Virus record (IMG/VR): IMGVR_UViG_3300020042_001182 | Coordinates: 1-24,383 of that record | Direction: 5' to 3' (one strand) | From: a virus | Taxonomy: Duplodnaviria; Caudoviricetes | Length of the DNA: 24,383 nucleotides | Shown here: positions 6,766 to 16,115 of the stretch, one piece after another | Layout: each line of letters opens with the position of its first letter | Numbering within the stretch: the stretch's first letter is position 1 | Made by a program: the position numbers and the translations under genes | Notes under the pieces: generated by a model | Told to the model about the DNA's origin: nothing | The model's input: the letters and a program-made list of their open reading frames with translations, nothing else | Databases searched by the model: none

Positions 6766-8484
6766 TTACCTTGGTTTAAAAATTTTATCTAGCCCTTTAG
6801 TTCTATCGGGGGCTACTTCTTTTACGTTAGGGCCATCAGCGTATGCTTTAAGCGCTGGGCGGTCAAACAACGATTTGCCGCCGGGGCCGGTAACCCAAGC
6901 ATTTTCCGCACCATTAAACGTTTGGTTTTTATCGCGCCAGTTAGCGTAAAAATCACGTTGTTCAATGTCGCGTTGGAGTTGTTCCTTGGCAACTTTAAGT
7001 ATGAACTCATTTGCATCTTTAGTGTTGCCAAGTTGAGCGCCCGTGCTTGTAATACGATCCGCATCGGCAGCCGTTTGTACGCCTTTTTGCTCCAATTGTT
7101 TTTGTAGCACCGCGTTATTAGCGTTAGCAAGAAACACTTGAGCATTGGACGCAAATTTTTCAGCGTCTTTGACGCCCAGCGCGCCCAACACTTTAGCGCC
7201 TGCCGTTACGGTCTCAGTGCCAAAGCCTGTTGAGAAACCTTTGTTTAGGATAGCAAGGTTGCTGTCAATCGCAGGTAATGATTTTCGGGCTAAATCAGAA
7301 GACGTTTTTATCGCGTCATAGTCTTTAATCAAAAGTTTGCCGTAGTCCGCCGCTTCTGCTTTTTCTTGTACGTTAGAAACGTTAACTACGGCTGGGGGAG
7401 CAAAAGTAGTCTTGTGAGTTATGTACGCTCTGTTAACCGCAATTTTTTGCTGGGGGGTTAAATTAGCCGCGTTTATTGCCCGCTCAAATTCGCTAGGTGA
7501 AGAATTTTTCAGCGCCTGAAGCGTAGCAAAACCTGCTGGCGTGTTAGGAAGTTTTAACGTCCGCATAAGTGCTATGTCTGGCTGCTCTTTGACCAAATCA
7601 GCGCGCTCAGATTCTAAAATTTTCTTTTCGTCTTTCCAGCCTGCTGAATTTCTATAGGTAGCCGTATTTCCTTCTAAAATTCTATTGTCAATTTGTTTCA
7701 CGCGGTCAACCATTGGGGCCGCAGCCATTGCGTTAAGAGACGCAACTTGGGGCGCTAAAGCGTTAGGTGCCACAGCTAATTCAGCGCGGGCTTGGTCTGC
7801 GTTTAAGCCCGTTACCGCCGGAGCAACCATAGGCTCGTTAGGCATTGAAACTACAGGGGCTACGCTAATATTTGGTGTGCCCATAGGCACGGCTCCCGGC
7901 GCAGGCGCGCCTTTACTTCTAGCGTACGCATCGTTTTGTATTTGCTCAAAAACTTGATCCACGCTTTGCATTGACCTTGCGCGAAAATTGTCAAACGTAC
8001 CGTTTGCAATTGCCTCGTTAATTTTTGCCCGACCTTGCTCTTTTGTTGCGCCGATGTTTTTTAGATAGCTACCAAGAATTGGGTCAGCGTGAACAAAATT
8101 ATGCACCGCTATATATTTGTCGGGCGTATCGGCTTCTGCGTACATACCGGGAAGTAAAGCCAATTTATCAGTCAACAATTTGGTGTCTTTAATCTGCCCT
8201 TCAGTGCGAGCGGCATTAGCTTCTTGTTGAGACTTGGCAAAGGAAAAACCTTTTTCAGGACTAATTCTCATTACGTCTTGCAAATATGTCGCTGATGTTG
8301 GGTCAAGACGGCGCAAGGCGTTGTGTTCTTCCATGCCGCGTTGGTATTCCTGCATCTTCATCTGGTTAAGCTGGTTTGTTTGCTCACCCAAGTCCAATTG
8401 CTGTCTCTTTGCGTATTGAGCAAAAGGATCAGGCGGCGCTTGGAACTGGTAGCCCTGCGCTATAAGTGCGTTTAAATCGGCCAT
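6766..8484 (-). CDS. Putative DNA ejection / internal virion protein (second of three)
   Basis: 572 aa, helical and Q/A-rich with a Pro-rich linker. Position matches P22 gp20. Confidence 0.6.
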   Translation of the reverse strand: MADLNALIAQGYQFQAPPDPFAQYAKRQQLDLGEQTNQLNQMKMQEYQRGMEEHNALRRLDPTSATYLQDVMRISPEKGFSFAKSQQEANAARTEGQIKDTKLLTDKLALLPGMYAEADTPDKYIAVHNFVHADPILGSYLKNIGATKEQGRAKINEAIANGTFDNFRARSMQSVDQVFEQIQNDAYARSKGAPAPGAVPMGTPNISVAPVVSMPNEPMVAPAVTGLNADQARAELAVAPNALAPQVASLNAMAAAPMVDRVKQIDNRILEGNTATYRNSAGWKDEKKILESERADLVKEQPDIALMRTLKLPNTPAGFATLQALKNSSPSEFERAINAANLTPQQKIAVNRAYITHKTTFAPPAVVNVSNVQEKAEAADYGKLLIKDYDAIKTSSDLARKSLPAIDSNLAILNKGFSTGFGTETVTAGAKVLGALGVKDAEKFASNAQVFLANANNAVLQKQLEQKGVQTAADADRITSTGAQLGNTKDANEFILKVAKEQLQRDIEQRDFYANWRDKNQTFNGAENAWVTGPGGKSLFDRPALKAYADGPNVKEVAPDRTKGLDKIFKPR

Positions 8485-8497
8485 AATTTATCCTTGA

Positions 8498-9334
8498 TTA
8501 AAAATCAGTGGCTTGTAAACCTGGCATATATGGGGTGCCGCCTTGACCACTTGATGCGCCATACCCCAATCGTCGGCTGGCTAAATAATCATTAAAGTTT
8601 TGTTGGTTTTGGTATGAACTTATTCCAGTTTGAAGGGCGCTTGCCAACGTGTTGCCTACACCCAACTGACCGGCAGCCATTGCGTTGCCAGCACCTGTAA
8701 TGCCGCCAGCCATTGCGTTGCCAGCACCCGTAATTAAATTGCCCGCATTGGCACCGTATTGCCCCGCAGCCGAGCCTACATTAGATGCAGCAGACTGGCC
8801 CGAGGCTATCAAATTGCCCAAGGGCTGAAGTTGATTTGTGCGGTTTGTTTGGTAGCGGTTGTATGCGTTTTGGTATTCTTGCGATCCCATGTCTTGGCCG
8901 TAGCGGGTTGCGGCTCTTAAAGCCCCACCAGAAATCATGCCGCCACGGGCCGCAGCGGATCGGTCAAGTGCCTTTTGGCCTTCGGACAATCGAAACGCAT
9001 ACCCTGGGTCTGCTTGGAAGTCAGACATACCAAAATCTCGCCCGTACCTGCCGTAGCCAGCCGCGCCAGCGTTGCCTCCAAGGCCCAAATACTCCATCAA
9101 CCTATTTTGCCCCGCAAGGCCAGCTTGTCGGAACGGCTCTTGCCCTTCCCGTTGAAGATCAAACATCTGCTTTTGGAGGGCTTGCGCTTCTCTTGCAGAT
9201 TGTGCTTGTACATCCGCAGCATTTCTAGCCGCGCCTGCTTGCGTTTCGCCAGCGCTACGTGCGCCGGAAGACGAAATTAAACCGCCAAGGAGAGCGCCGC
9301 CCGCCCCAATCATTGCTGCTGTTATGAAACTCAT
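8498..9334 (-). CDS. DNA transfer/pilot ejection protein (P22 gp7-like)
   Basis: Gly/Ala-rich N-terminus (AAMIGAGGALLGG) plus FQADPGYAFRLSEG and AAARGGMISGGAL motifs. Confidence 0.7.
   Translation of the reverse strand: MSFITAAMIGAGGALLGGLISSSGARSAGETQAGAARNAADVQAQSAREAQALQKQMFDLQREGQEPFRQAGLAGQNRLMEYLGLGGNAGAAGYGRYGRDFGMSDFQADPGYAFRLSEGQKALDRSAAARGGMISGGALRAATRYGQDMGSQEYQNAYNRYQTNRTNQLQPLGNLIASGQSAASNVGSAAGQYGANAGNLITGAGNAMAGGITGAGNAMAAGQLGVGNTLASALQTGISSYQNQQNFNDYLASRRLGYGASSGQGGTPYMPGLQATDF
8674..8734. repeat. Two-copy 33-bp-period tandem repeat in frame (ITGAGNAMA-x-G)
   Basis: CAGCCATTGCGTTGCCAGCACC(T/C)GTAAT at 8674-8701 and 8707-8734. Confidence 0.9.
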
Positions 9335-9768
9335 ACTGACACCTCAAGTGATTGATCTTTTATCTTGTTTCCAATGCCAAACATAGCGCGTGGGTCATCT
9401 TCAACTAACTCAGCTTCTACATCTTCCACCGTATCTGATTCAACCCGGTGAAACGTCATGCACAACGCATCGGTTTCTGCGTAAACTGCTCGTTTTGTTC
9501 CAGGGTTGCTACATATTACTTGCGGCCCTGTAATTAGCTTAACACCTTCATCCGTAGTAACCGCAACTGTACCAAAAACGACCATGTAAAAATGTTCTTT
9601 TTTATGAACTTTGCCAACTATTAAACACCCCGCCGGACGCCAAACTTGACGGCAGTACATACCGCCGTGGAACAAATGCTCAGTAGGCGCTTCGTACTGC
9701 TCATGTTTGGCAATTTCAATTTGCAACGCCTCAACCTTTTGGCGCATATCTATTTGCAGATTACCCAT
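9331..9768 (-). CDS. Cupin-like protein
   Basis: HLFHGGMYCRQVWRPAGCLIVGKVHKKEHF and PGTKRAVYA fit a cupin double-stranded beta-helix. GGAG RBS. Start is ATG 9768 or TTG 9771. Confidence 0.6.
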   Translation of the reverse strand: MGNLQIDMRQKVEALQIEIAKHEQYEAPTEHLFHGGMYCRQVWRPAGCLIVGKVHKKEHFYMVVFGTVAVTTDEGVKLITGPQVICSNPGTKRAVYAETDALCMTFHRVESDTVEDVEAELVEDDPRAMFGIGNKIKDQSLEVSV

Positions 9769-9807
9769 CAATTACTCCAGCAACAGGTTGTTGTTAGGGC
9801 GCATCCA

Positions 9808-10509
9808 TTATGCAACTACCCACGCTATGCCATTGTCAAACACTGGGCAAACCACCGCACCGCCGCCCACTGGAGCCGCTAGAAACACCGGGCCTAAAGC
9901 ATCAGTCACCCATGACCTGCGGCCTTGCGTACCGGCTGCTGGCAGGGTCGCTACCGTATAAGCTGCGCCTAGGCCATTGCCGCCATTGGCTACCGGCAGG
10001 ATACCACTGACTTGCCCGGTCAGGCTTACTCCACTGAGCGGACCGCTAAGGGTCAGGTTGCCAGCAGTGGTGACTGTGCCTGTCAGCGTGATGCCGTTGA
10101 CCGTACCCGTACCGCCTACGCTAGTCACCGTGCCCACAAACGCATCGTTGCTGGTGATTGTAAAACTTGGGTAAGTGCCCGTTACAACCGTGGTCCCCGC
10201 GCCCGTCAGCACCACAGTCAAGTCCGGCAGGCTATTGGTGACGGTAATTGTGCCCGCGCCGTTGGTCACCGTGATGCCTGTGCTGGCGGTCAGGGTGTTC
10301 AGAGAATAGCCTGTGCCATTGCCAATTAGCAGTTGGCCGTTGGTCGGAATTGTGCCTAGGCCCGTGCCGCCGTTGATTACTGGCGTGATGCCAAGGCCAG
10401 AGCCGGTGATGGTGTAGATGTTGTTGAGCCAACGAAACCATTGGGTCGTGATCTGCCCGTCTTGGGTAAAAGCAACCCGAGGTGCAGGGATTTGGGTAAT
10501 GTCTGCCAT
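9808..10509 (-). CDS. Tail needle / short fibre protein
   Basis: Follows the gp10-like hub, where P22 has gp26. Gly/Thr-rich repeats (PVxNGGxG, GTVTSV) and a C-terminal tip domain (TVATLPAAG...CPVFDNGIAWVV). Confidence 0.6.
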   Translation of the reverse strand: MADITQIPAPRVAFTQDGQITTQWFRWLNNIYTITGSGLGITPVINGGTGLGTIPTNGQLLIGNGTGYSLNTLTASTGITVTNGAGTITVTNSLPDLTVVLTGAGTTVVTGTYPSFTITSNDAFVGTVTSVGGTGTVNGITLTGTVTTAGNLTLSGPLSGVSLTGQVSGILPVANGGNGLGAAYTVATLPAAGTQGRRSWVTDALGPVFLAAPVGGGAVVCPVFDNGIAWVVA

Positions 10510-10510
10510 A

Positions 10511-12157
10511 TCAACTTGACGTTGGACTCAGTACCAACTCAGCGCCCATGATGGCAATTTTTACTGGATCAGTGCCAGAAACCTCGTACACCCTATCTCT
10601 GGACGAACCAAGCCGCCGCCAAAACGTGCGGTAGCCGTACTCACCAATCTTGCCCATGCTGGTCCAATGCTCACTTGACCAAGTGTGACCGCCATCGTCG
10701 CTCCAGCGCAGCATGACCTGCGGGTCATAGCCTGGTGTGGCTGGAAATGACTCGGTGACAATCTCAGCGCCAGCCGTATCGGGGCCAGAATAAGCAAAGG
10801 TCACCAACGATTCAAAACCATCGCCTGCCTCGGTTGTAAGTTCACTGCCGCTTTCGGTTGTCAAATACTGCCAATCAAACTCAGCGATCAGTTGGTAGCT
10901 TGGCCCTGCCGGTGGGACGTTTGCCAACTCAGTAAGGATGCCATCAGCAGTTTGCTCTGGCGTGACACCCAGCCCTACACCTGTCTCAGCGTCAAGTTGC
11001 ATGGTGTGATGCACCACTCGCTTGAGGTTGTTATCGCCCGTTGGCAAACCTCTCCATGAGCGTAGCCACTTTTGAATGTCGCCATTGTCAGCGTACACAT
11101 CTAGGTCAAACTGGTACAGGTTGCCGTTAAGGTAGTCACCAACCACAATTTCGCTGTTAAACGCCATTTGGCAGTTTGACCTGTGGCGCGTAAACAGGCC
11201 ATTGTTAAACCCAGCCCGTTCGTGCCACGCTTGCGTTGACACATCGTAAACCCAAGTAGCGTTGCCGGTTGGGAATGTAAGCACGTAGAAGGCATGGCCT
11301 TCTTGCTGGTAGGTGTAGGCAATAGCGTCAGAAATGTTGCCATACTGGGCGATGGCGTACTCAATGGCATGGGTGCTAACCCGAGTGCCGGTGTAACCAT
11401 TAGCCCGGTAGACAATGCCTTGGCCTCGCGCATCTGCACCCAGCCAAAAAATGCCGTTGTCCAACTTGGCAACAGAGAAGGCCGCAGCGCATCCAATTTC
11501 ATTGAACGCGCCTTGGATGCGGGTCATGGGAAAGTCGGCAGCGCCAGAGTCGTACCAGACCTCAACCGAGTTAGTGCCAAACAACCAAATTTGCCCGTGA
11601 TCAACAATCATGCTGACCAAGCCATCAGGTGAACCCTCGGCGCTGGCAAAGTCAAGCGGGTCAACCGATGAGCCGTCCAGCAATTGCGTTACCCAGAATA
11701 TCTGACTGTCTGGCTGGATAAAAACAAAGTATCCATCTAGGTAGCCCACGATGGACGCGCCAGCAAAGTCAGGATCGGTGATTTCGGCAAAGACTGCTGT
11801 GCTGCTGTTGTAAATGTAACCAGGCCCGTTGGCGGCAATAAACAACTGAGTGCCGTTGTCGCTCATGCTGACTGGCCCAGTACCTACTACCGTGCCACGC
11901 AAGGTGGCTACATAGGTTGTAGTGAGGCTGTAGAGTTCCGTGCCGCTAACCACATAGGCAATGCCGTTGAACGTCCACAAGCCCCGTATTGGCCCTGTCC
12001 CAACCGTTACCAGCAAGTCAAGCCCAGGCGCGCGGTTTAGAAACCCGCCTGTCTGCCCTCCATCTGGGGTGGCCTCGGGAAACAGGTTGACGCATCTGTT
12101 ATCAGCAGCATTAACGCTACGGGCAACATAAGATGAGCCAAGAATTGGGGATTTCAT
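10511..12157 (-). CDS. Tail hub / DNA stabilization protein (P22 gp10-like)
   Basis: Beta-propeller-like sequence with FASAEGSPD, LFGTNSVEVW, LRWSDDGGHTWS and WRRLG motifs. Position after the adaptor. Confidence 0.85.
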   Translation of the reverse strand: MKSPILGSSYVARSVNAADNRCVNLFPEATPDGGQTGGFLNRAPGLDLLVTVGTGPIRGLWTFNGIAYVVSGTELYSLTTTYVATLRGTVVGTGPVSMSDNGTQLFIAANGPGYIYNSSTAVFAEITDPDFAGASIVGYLDGYFVFIQPDSQIFWVTQLLDGSSVDPLDFASAEGSPDGLVSMIVDHGQIWLFGTNSVEVWYDSGAADFPMTRIQGAFNEIGCAAAFSVAKLDNGIFWLGADARGQGIVYRANGYTGTRVSTHAIEYAIAQYGNISDAIAYTYQQEGHAFYVLTFPTGNATWVYDVSTQAWHERAGFNNGLFTRHRSNCQMAFNSEIVVGDYLNGNLYQFDLDVYADNGDIQKWLRSWRGLPTGDNNLKRVVHHTMQLDAETGVGLGVTPEQTADGILTELANVPPAGPSYQLIAEFDWQYLTTESGSELTTEAGDGFESLVTFAYSGPDTAGAEIVTESFPATPGYDPQVMLRWSDDGGHTWSSEHWTSMGKIGEYGYRTFWRRLGSSRDRVYEVSGTDPVKIAIMGAELVLSPTSS

Positions 12158-12756
12158 TAAGCAGCTACAGCTTTGATAACGGCAAAATTAAAGACCGGCG
12201 TTTCAGTGGTTGTGCCACCCGTGGTGCGAAATGATAAGTTAAAACTTCCCGCCGCCACTGCCGTGACCATTAGGTTGTAAAGATCAGTGCCAGATTTTTG
12301 GCTCAAAATAATTACATCCGTTGCCGCCACCGTGCTATTGGTCACGGTGAAAGTTGTTGCCGTAGTTGTTCCTGCTGCGCTAAACATGGTAATTGCGCCT
12401 GCCGTCTTGTTAAGCGTTACGCCCGTGGTGCGGCTAGTTAACTGTGTAACCGCGCCGCCTGCGCCTGTTGCGTAGCCTACGCCTGCCGTGCCAGATGAAG
12501 TGACCGCACCAGTTGCTGCCAAGCTAGTGCCTGTAGCCGCGCCGATTACCGGCGTCACCATGACCATACTGGTGCTAGTGCAAGCCGAAATAACGCCACT
12601 GGCAACTGTCCCCAACACAGGAGCCACCATTGTCGGGCTGGTGAACAGCAATGTTTTGCTGATGCTTTTGGTTGTGCCAGCTTGAACAAATGGAACAATG
12701 TCGGCAGCGTTGATAACGGTGGCAACGGGTAAACCAGAGATGGCAACGGTAGTCAT
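12157..12756 (-). CDS. Fibre/whisker-like virion protein
   Basis: N-terminal ISGLP...DIVPFVQAGTTK module, SPT/TP stalk repeats and a C-terminal VTQLTSRTTGVTLN beta domain. Confidence 0.6.
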   Translation of the reverse strand: MTTVAISGLPVATVINAADIVPFVQAGTTKSISKTLLFTSPTMVAPVLGTVASGVISACTSTSMVMVTPVIGAATGTSLAATGAVTSSGTAGVGYATGAGGAVTQLTSRTTGVTLNKTAGAITMFSAAGTTTATTFTVTNSTVAATDVIILSQKSGTDLYNLMVTAVAAGSFNLSFRTTGGTTTETPVFNFAVIKAVAA

Positions 12757-12758
12757 AA

Positions 12759-13472
12759 TTAAAAATTCCCAGCGTAGATGTTGTAGCGTTGACGATTGGC
12801 GACTATGCCGTAAGGCATCGCCATCACATCGTCAGGGTTGTTGATGCGCTTGATGTTGCGCTTGGAGGTCATGGCAATTCGTTGAACTTGAGGGCTTGGC
12901 TCAACGCCAAACTCAGCAGCGATTTCACAGGCTAGGTTAAACCTAAAACATCGTAGGTAGCCTGGAGGAAAGGACAGCGTAGTCGCCAGTACCGCTGGCT
13001 GCGTCAATTCCTCCACCGATACGATGTGCCATTCCAGCGGCGAACTAGGCACAGGGTACACCGTCAACGTGATGTCGGGGTAGCCCATGTTGACGTACAG
13101 CACTTGCGGGTAAGTGCTGGTTGTGTTCTTGACAGCAATGCCGTTGTACTGCTGCTCGTTAATTATTTTGATGCCATACGAAGTACCGTTTGAGGCATCT
13201 TTGAAGTAAGTGGCGTCGTCAACCAAAACAGGCCGGTTACCAACAAAATTACCTGTTGGGCCTAACGTGCGTGTAGCTTGATTTACAGGCCAAGTAAACA
13301 CTTGGTCTTGCGTGGTAAACACTGACAACCGCTCAGTGTTCCATGAGTCAATCATCTGGTTAAGCGCCGACAGTGCGTCGGCAGACGTAGCGGCTGAAGG
13401 TGTCTCAGCCTCTGCCAACATTCCAATCAGGCGTAAAGCCCCGTTTATCTGGTCGCCAGCAGATGTGGTCAT
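12759..13472 (-). CDS. Head-to-tail adaptor (P22 gp4-like)
   Basis: INGALRLIG, DALSALNQMIDSW and FNLACEIAAEFG helical motifs. Position after the coat/decoration genes. Confidence 0.75.
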   Translation of the reverse strand: MTTSAGDQINGALRLIGMLAEAETPSAATSADALSALNQMIDSWNTERLSVFTTQDQVFTWPVNQATRTLGPTGNFVGNRPVLVDDATYFKDASNGTSYGIKIINEQQYNGIAVKNTTSTYPQVLYVNMGYPDITLTVYPVPSSPLEWHIVSVEELTQPAVLATTLSFPPGYLRCFRFNLACEIAAEFGVEPSPQVQRIAMTSKRNIKRINNPDDVMAMPYGIVANRQRYNIYAGNF

Positions 13473-13475
13473 ATC

Positions 13476-13661
13476 CTATGCTCCTACGTCAACAACCTCA
13501 ACTCGAGACCTGCCACGGGAACGCTTTATTTCGTTCACCGCGACAGGCTCTTCATCTACATCAAACCTCACCCAGCCGTTCTTTTCGTCATAAACGGCCT
13601 CGGCCTCAAGGCAAGCAACTTTTGCCCCATGCACAGGGTGACGTAGGTAGATGACTGCCAT
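13476..13661 (-). CDS. Small hypothetical virion-associated protein
   Basis: IYLRHPVHGAKVA...DEKNGW. Abuts both neighbours. Confidence 0.7.
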   Translation of the reverse strand: MAVIYLRHPVHGAKVACLEAEAVYDEKNGWVRFDVDEEPVAVNEIKRSRGRSRVEVVDVGA

Positions 13662-14084
13662 TTAGCTGATCCGATACACGTTGTAAGTCGCAGTACCAGT
13701 TTTGTAGAACAGCAACTCGCCAGCACCGCAAGGCGAAGTTGACGCCACCGCAGTGATTGCAAAAGTCATCGTTCCGACCAGAGTAATGCCAGTTCCGGCT
13801 GCAATTGTCACAACACCACTGGATGTACCAAGGTTCACAATTGCCAACCTAAAACTAGACCCAACCTTGGCGTTAGTCAGTGTTGCATCAAGCAACGCTG
13901 CGGTGGGCAAAGTATAGGTTGCTGCCGCTGTTCCAGCAGTTGCAACTAGCAGACTGTTTGTAACTTGCGCTACGGTCAATGTTGCTGTAACAGTTGCTGC
14001 TTGGGGTGTGATTGACGTAATGTCAATTTCACTAAGGTTGCCGTCACCAAATTGGTAACCGCCGCCGACTGATGGGAGTGCCAT
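13662..14084 (-). CDS. Putative capsid decoration/cement protein
   Basis: Immediately after the coat gene, strong AAGGA RBS, Thr/Ala-rich beta protein (ATYTLPTAA). Confidence 0.6.
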   Translation of the reverse strand: MALPSVGGGYQFGDGNLSEIDITSITPQAATVTATLTVAQVTNSLLVATAGTAAATYTLPTAALLDATLTNAKVGSSFRLAIVNLGTSSGVVTIAAGTGITLVGTMTFAITAVASTSPCGAGELLFYKTGTATYNVYRIS

Positions 14085-14110
14085 GATAATTTCCTTTGAG
14101 ATAAGTTAAA

Positions 14111-15322
14111 TCAACCCCACAGACGGCAAGCCATCTGAGGACGAATAGTGCTAAAGCCGTACAAAACGTCAATACGGCAAGGCATACGGTCGTTGTTGAT
14201 GTCGTACTGGCGAACCACACGCAGGCTGATACCGTTGTGGTTTGCGCGTGCGGCCATGTCAACGCCTTGGGGCATAACGAGGTCAGCAGTAGCAAACGTG
14301 ATGGCGTCCTTGTGGTAGATCAAGTTTTGCGGATAGGCAGTAGATGCTGTACCAACAAAGGTCACGGCAGCGTTGTCAGCGGGGAAGCTGTCAACGGTAG
14401 CCAAGGCGTTTGCGCTGGTATAGATCGGAGGGCTGATTGCCATGTTTGCCAAAGCATTACTAGACGCCGTTTGTGCAGCGGTCACAACAAACTGTTGAAG
14501 TGAACCAGTTGACTCACGGGTTTGTGGGTTAACTGCAAACACACCGGCAATCGTAAACACATCACCAGCAGTCACTGTGTCACTTGCACCAGTAAGGCCG
14601 TCAATGCTGATAGTCGCTTGGCCTTGGGTGCTAACAGCACCGTTAACCAAAATCGTACCGGCACGGGAGCCAGTGGTGTGAACCTTGATGGACTGACTCA
14701 TGTTGATCTCGTCAAAGCCCAACACGCCAGTGCCCATCATGCCATTTTTGAATTGTTGGCTAATGGTGGTGGTTGGATTGAAGAAACCAGACAGGCCGTT
14801 GACCAAGCCAGCGTTAGCAGCAGGGTTGACGGTAGCATAGCGAGGAGCCATACCAGCAGCCGATTCGTTGAGTTTTTGTTGCGCTTGCAACAAAACCAAA
14901 GCGGTAGCTGGAGAAGTGCCGGGGGTGCCCACAGTGTTAAAAATTGCTTTGTAAGCACTTGCAACATCGGCGTCAATGCTGGAGGCCAACTGAGAGATAC
15001 GGGGCTTGAGAACCCGCTCTGCAAAGTCATCCAATTGCATAGTCAACTCGGCAGTAGTGAAGTTCACACCGATGTGCTTTTGGCTTGCCACAGTTAGCGT
15101 GGTGCTTTGCTCGGCGTCGTCCTGCACTTGCAGGGCTGCACCGTCAGTCACCAGTGCCCGGTCAGGCAGGCGAATACGCAGGGTAGAGCCGATTTTGGCA
15201 CCACTAACAGCAAAGCTGTCGTCGTACTGTCGGTTCACGTTACGGGTGATTACCAGGTTGTTCTCGAGAATCTCAAGAGCCTTCCGGGTAATCATGTCAA
15301 TGGTAAGAATACTATTAGCCAC
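14111..15322 (-). CDS. Major capsid protein, P22 coat (gp5) family
   Basis: GTG start with TAAGGA RBS. Motifs KIGSTLRIRLP, insertion-domain GDVFTIAGV and C-terminal CRIDVLYG. Confidence 0.92.
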   Translation of the reverse strand: MANSILTIDMITRKALEILENNLVITRNVNRQYDDSFAVSGAKIGSTLRIRLPDRALVTDGAALQVQDDAEQSTTLTVASQKHIGVNFTTAELTMQLDDFAERVLKPRISQLASSIDADVASAYKAIFNTVGTPGTSPATALVLLQAQQKLNESAAGMAPRYATVNPAANAGLVNGLSGFFNPTTTISQQFKNGMMGTGVLGFDEINMSQSIKVHTTGSRAGTILVNGAVSTQGQATISIDGLTGASDTVTAGDVFTIAGVFAVNPQTRESTGSLQQFVVTAAQTASSNALANMAISPPIYTSANALATVDSFPADNAAVTFVGTASTAYPQNLIYHKDAITFATADLVMPQGVDMAARANHNGISLRVVRQYDINNDRMPCRIDVLYGFSTIRPQMACRLWG

Positions 15323-15343
15323 AATTTTTCCTTAGAAAATAAA

Positions 15344-16081
15344 TTAAAACTTTTTTGCCTGCAACGCTTTCATTTGTCGCGCTCTGTCGGCCTCAATCCA
15401 CTGGCTGGTACTCATGGTCTTGATAGACCGTGGATCAGTTGTGTCAAAAGACCCAGAACCCACCCCTCGGGCGGTAACTGGTGAAATCGGTTCAGGCGCA
15501 CCAGAAGTACGCTTTTGGACGGGGTTATCGGCTAACCTAGCCTCAAGTCGTCCAATCTCTTTAGCCTGCAAAATAGGCGTTAGTCGAGAAATACGATCTG
15601 CTTCTTTCGGATTTGAGCCAAGGTGATAAACCAATTCAGGCCCAATGTCCGACGATTGAATCGTTTCTGCCATCACGGTCGTAATCTTCAGGTTGGGGTT
15701 GTAGGCAACTTGTTCAAAGTCGCTGTACTTAGACCTAGCCGTTTCTTCACGTTCGTGATACCCATCAAGAATTTCAGCTTGTTGTTTCTGGAGTTCCCGC
15801 TGCTCAATCAACTTGTAAGCCTTGGCCTCTGCATAAGCATCGACCGACTCAAACTGATCTTGCGGAGGCAAATCCACCGCCATTGCTGGCGCAGGCTGTC
15901 GCTCTCGTTCCCACTTTCGCTGCTCTCTTGCGAGGCGTTTACCAATAGCGGCGTCAAGTTCCTCTTGCGAGAATGTTTTAGCTGCTACTTCCGGCGTTTC
16001 AACTACAGGTTCTGGAGTAACCGCCGTGGTTTCCAGTTCCGGCGCGGGGGCTAATTCCGCTTCTTGCTCTACGTCTGACAT
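15344..16081 (-). CDS. Scaffolding protein
   Basis: Acidic Pro/Glu-rich N-terminus, FSQEELDAAIGKRLARE coiled coil and basic C-terminal helix. Directly upstream of the coat gene. Start moved to ATG 16081. Confidence 0.8.
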   Translation of the reverse strand: MSDVEQEAELAPAPELETTAVTPEPVVETPEVAAKTFSQEELDAAIGKRLAREQRKWERERQPAPAMAVDLPPQDQFESVDAYAEAKAYKLIEQRELQKQQAEILDGYHEREETARSKYSDFEQVAYNPNLKITTVMAETIQSSDIGPELVYHLGSNPKEADRISRLTPILQAKEIGRLEARLADNPVQKRTSGAPEPISPVTARGVGSGSFDTTDPRSIKTMSTSQWIEADRARQMKALQAKKF

Positions 16082-16084
16082 TTT

Positions 16085-16115
16085 GATCCCTAAGAATCCC
16101 TGGTCATTGGGCCAG
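16085..16115 (-). promoter_or_regulatory. Twin-hairpin 5' leader overlapping the scaffold RBS
   Basis: The mRNA reads CUGG-CCCAAUGA-CCAG G GAUUC-UUAG-GGAUC AAA AUG. Confidence 0.45.
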
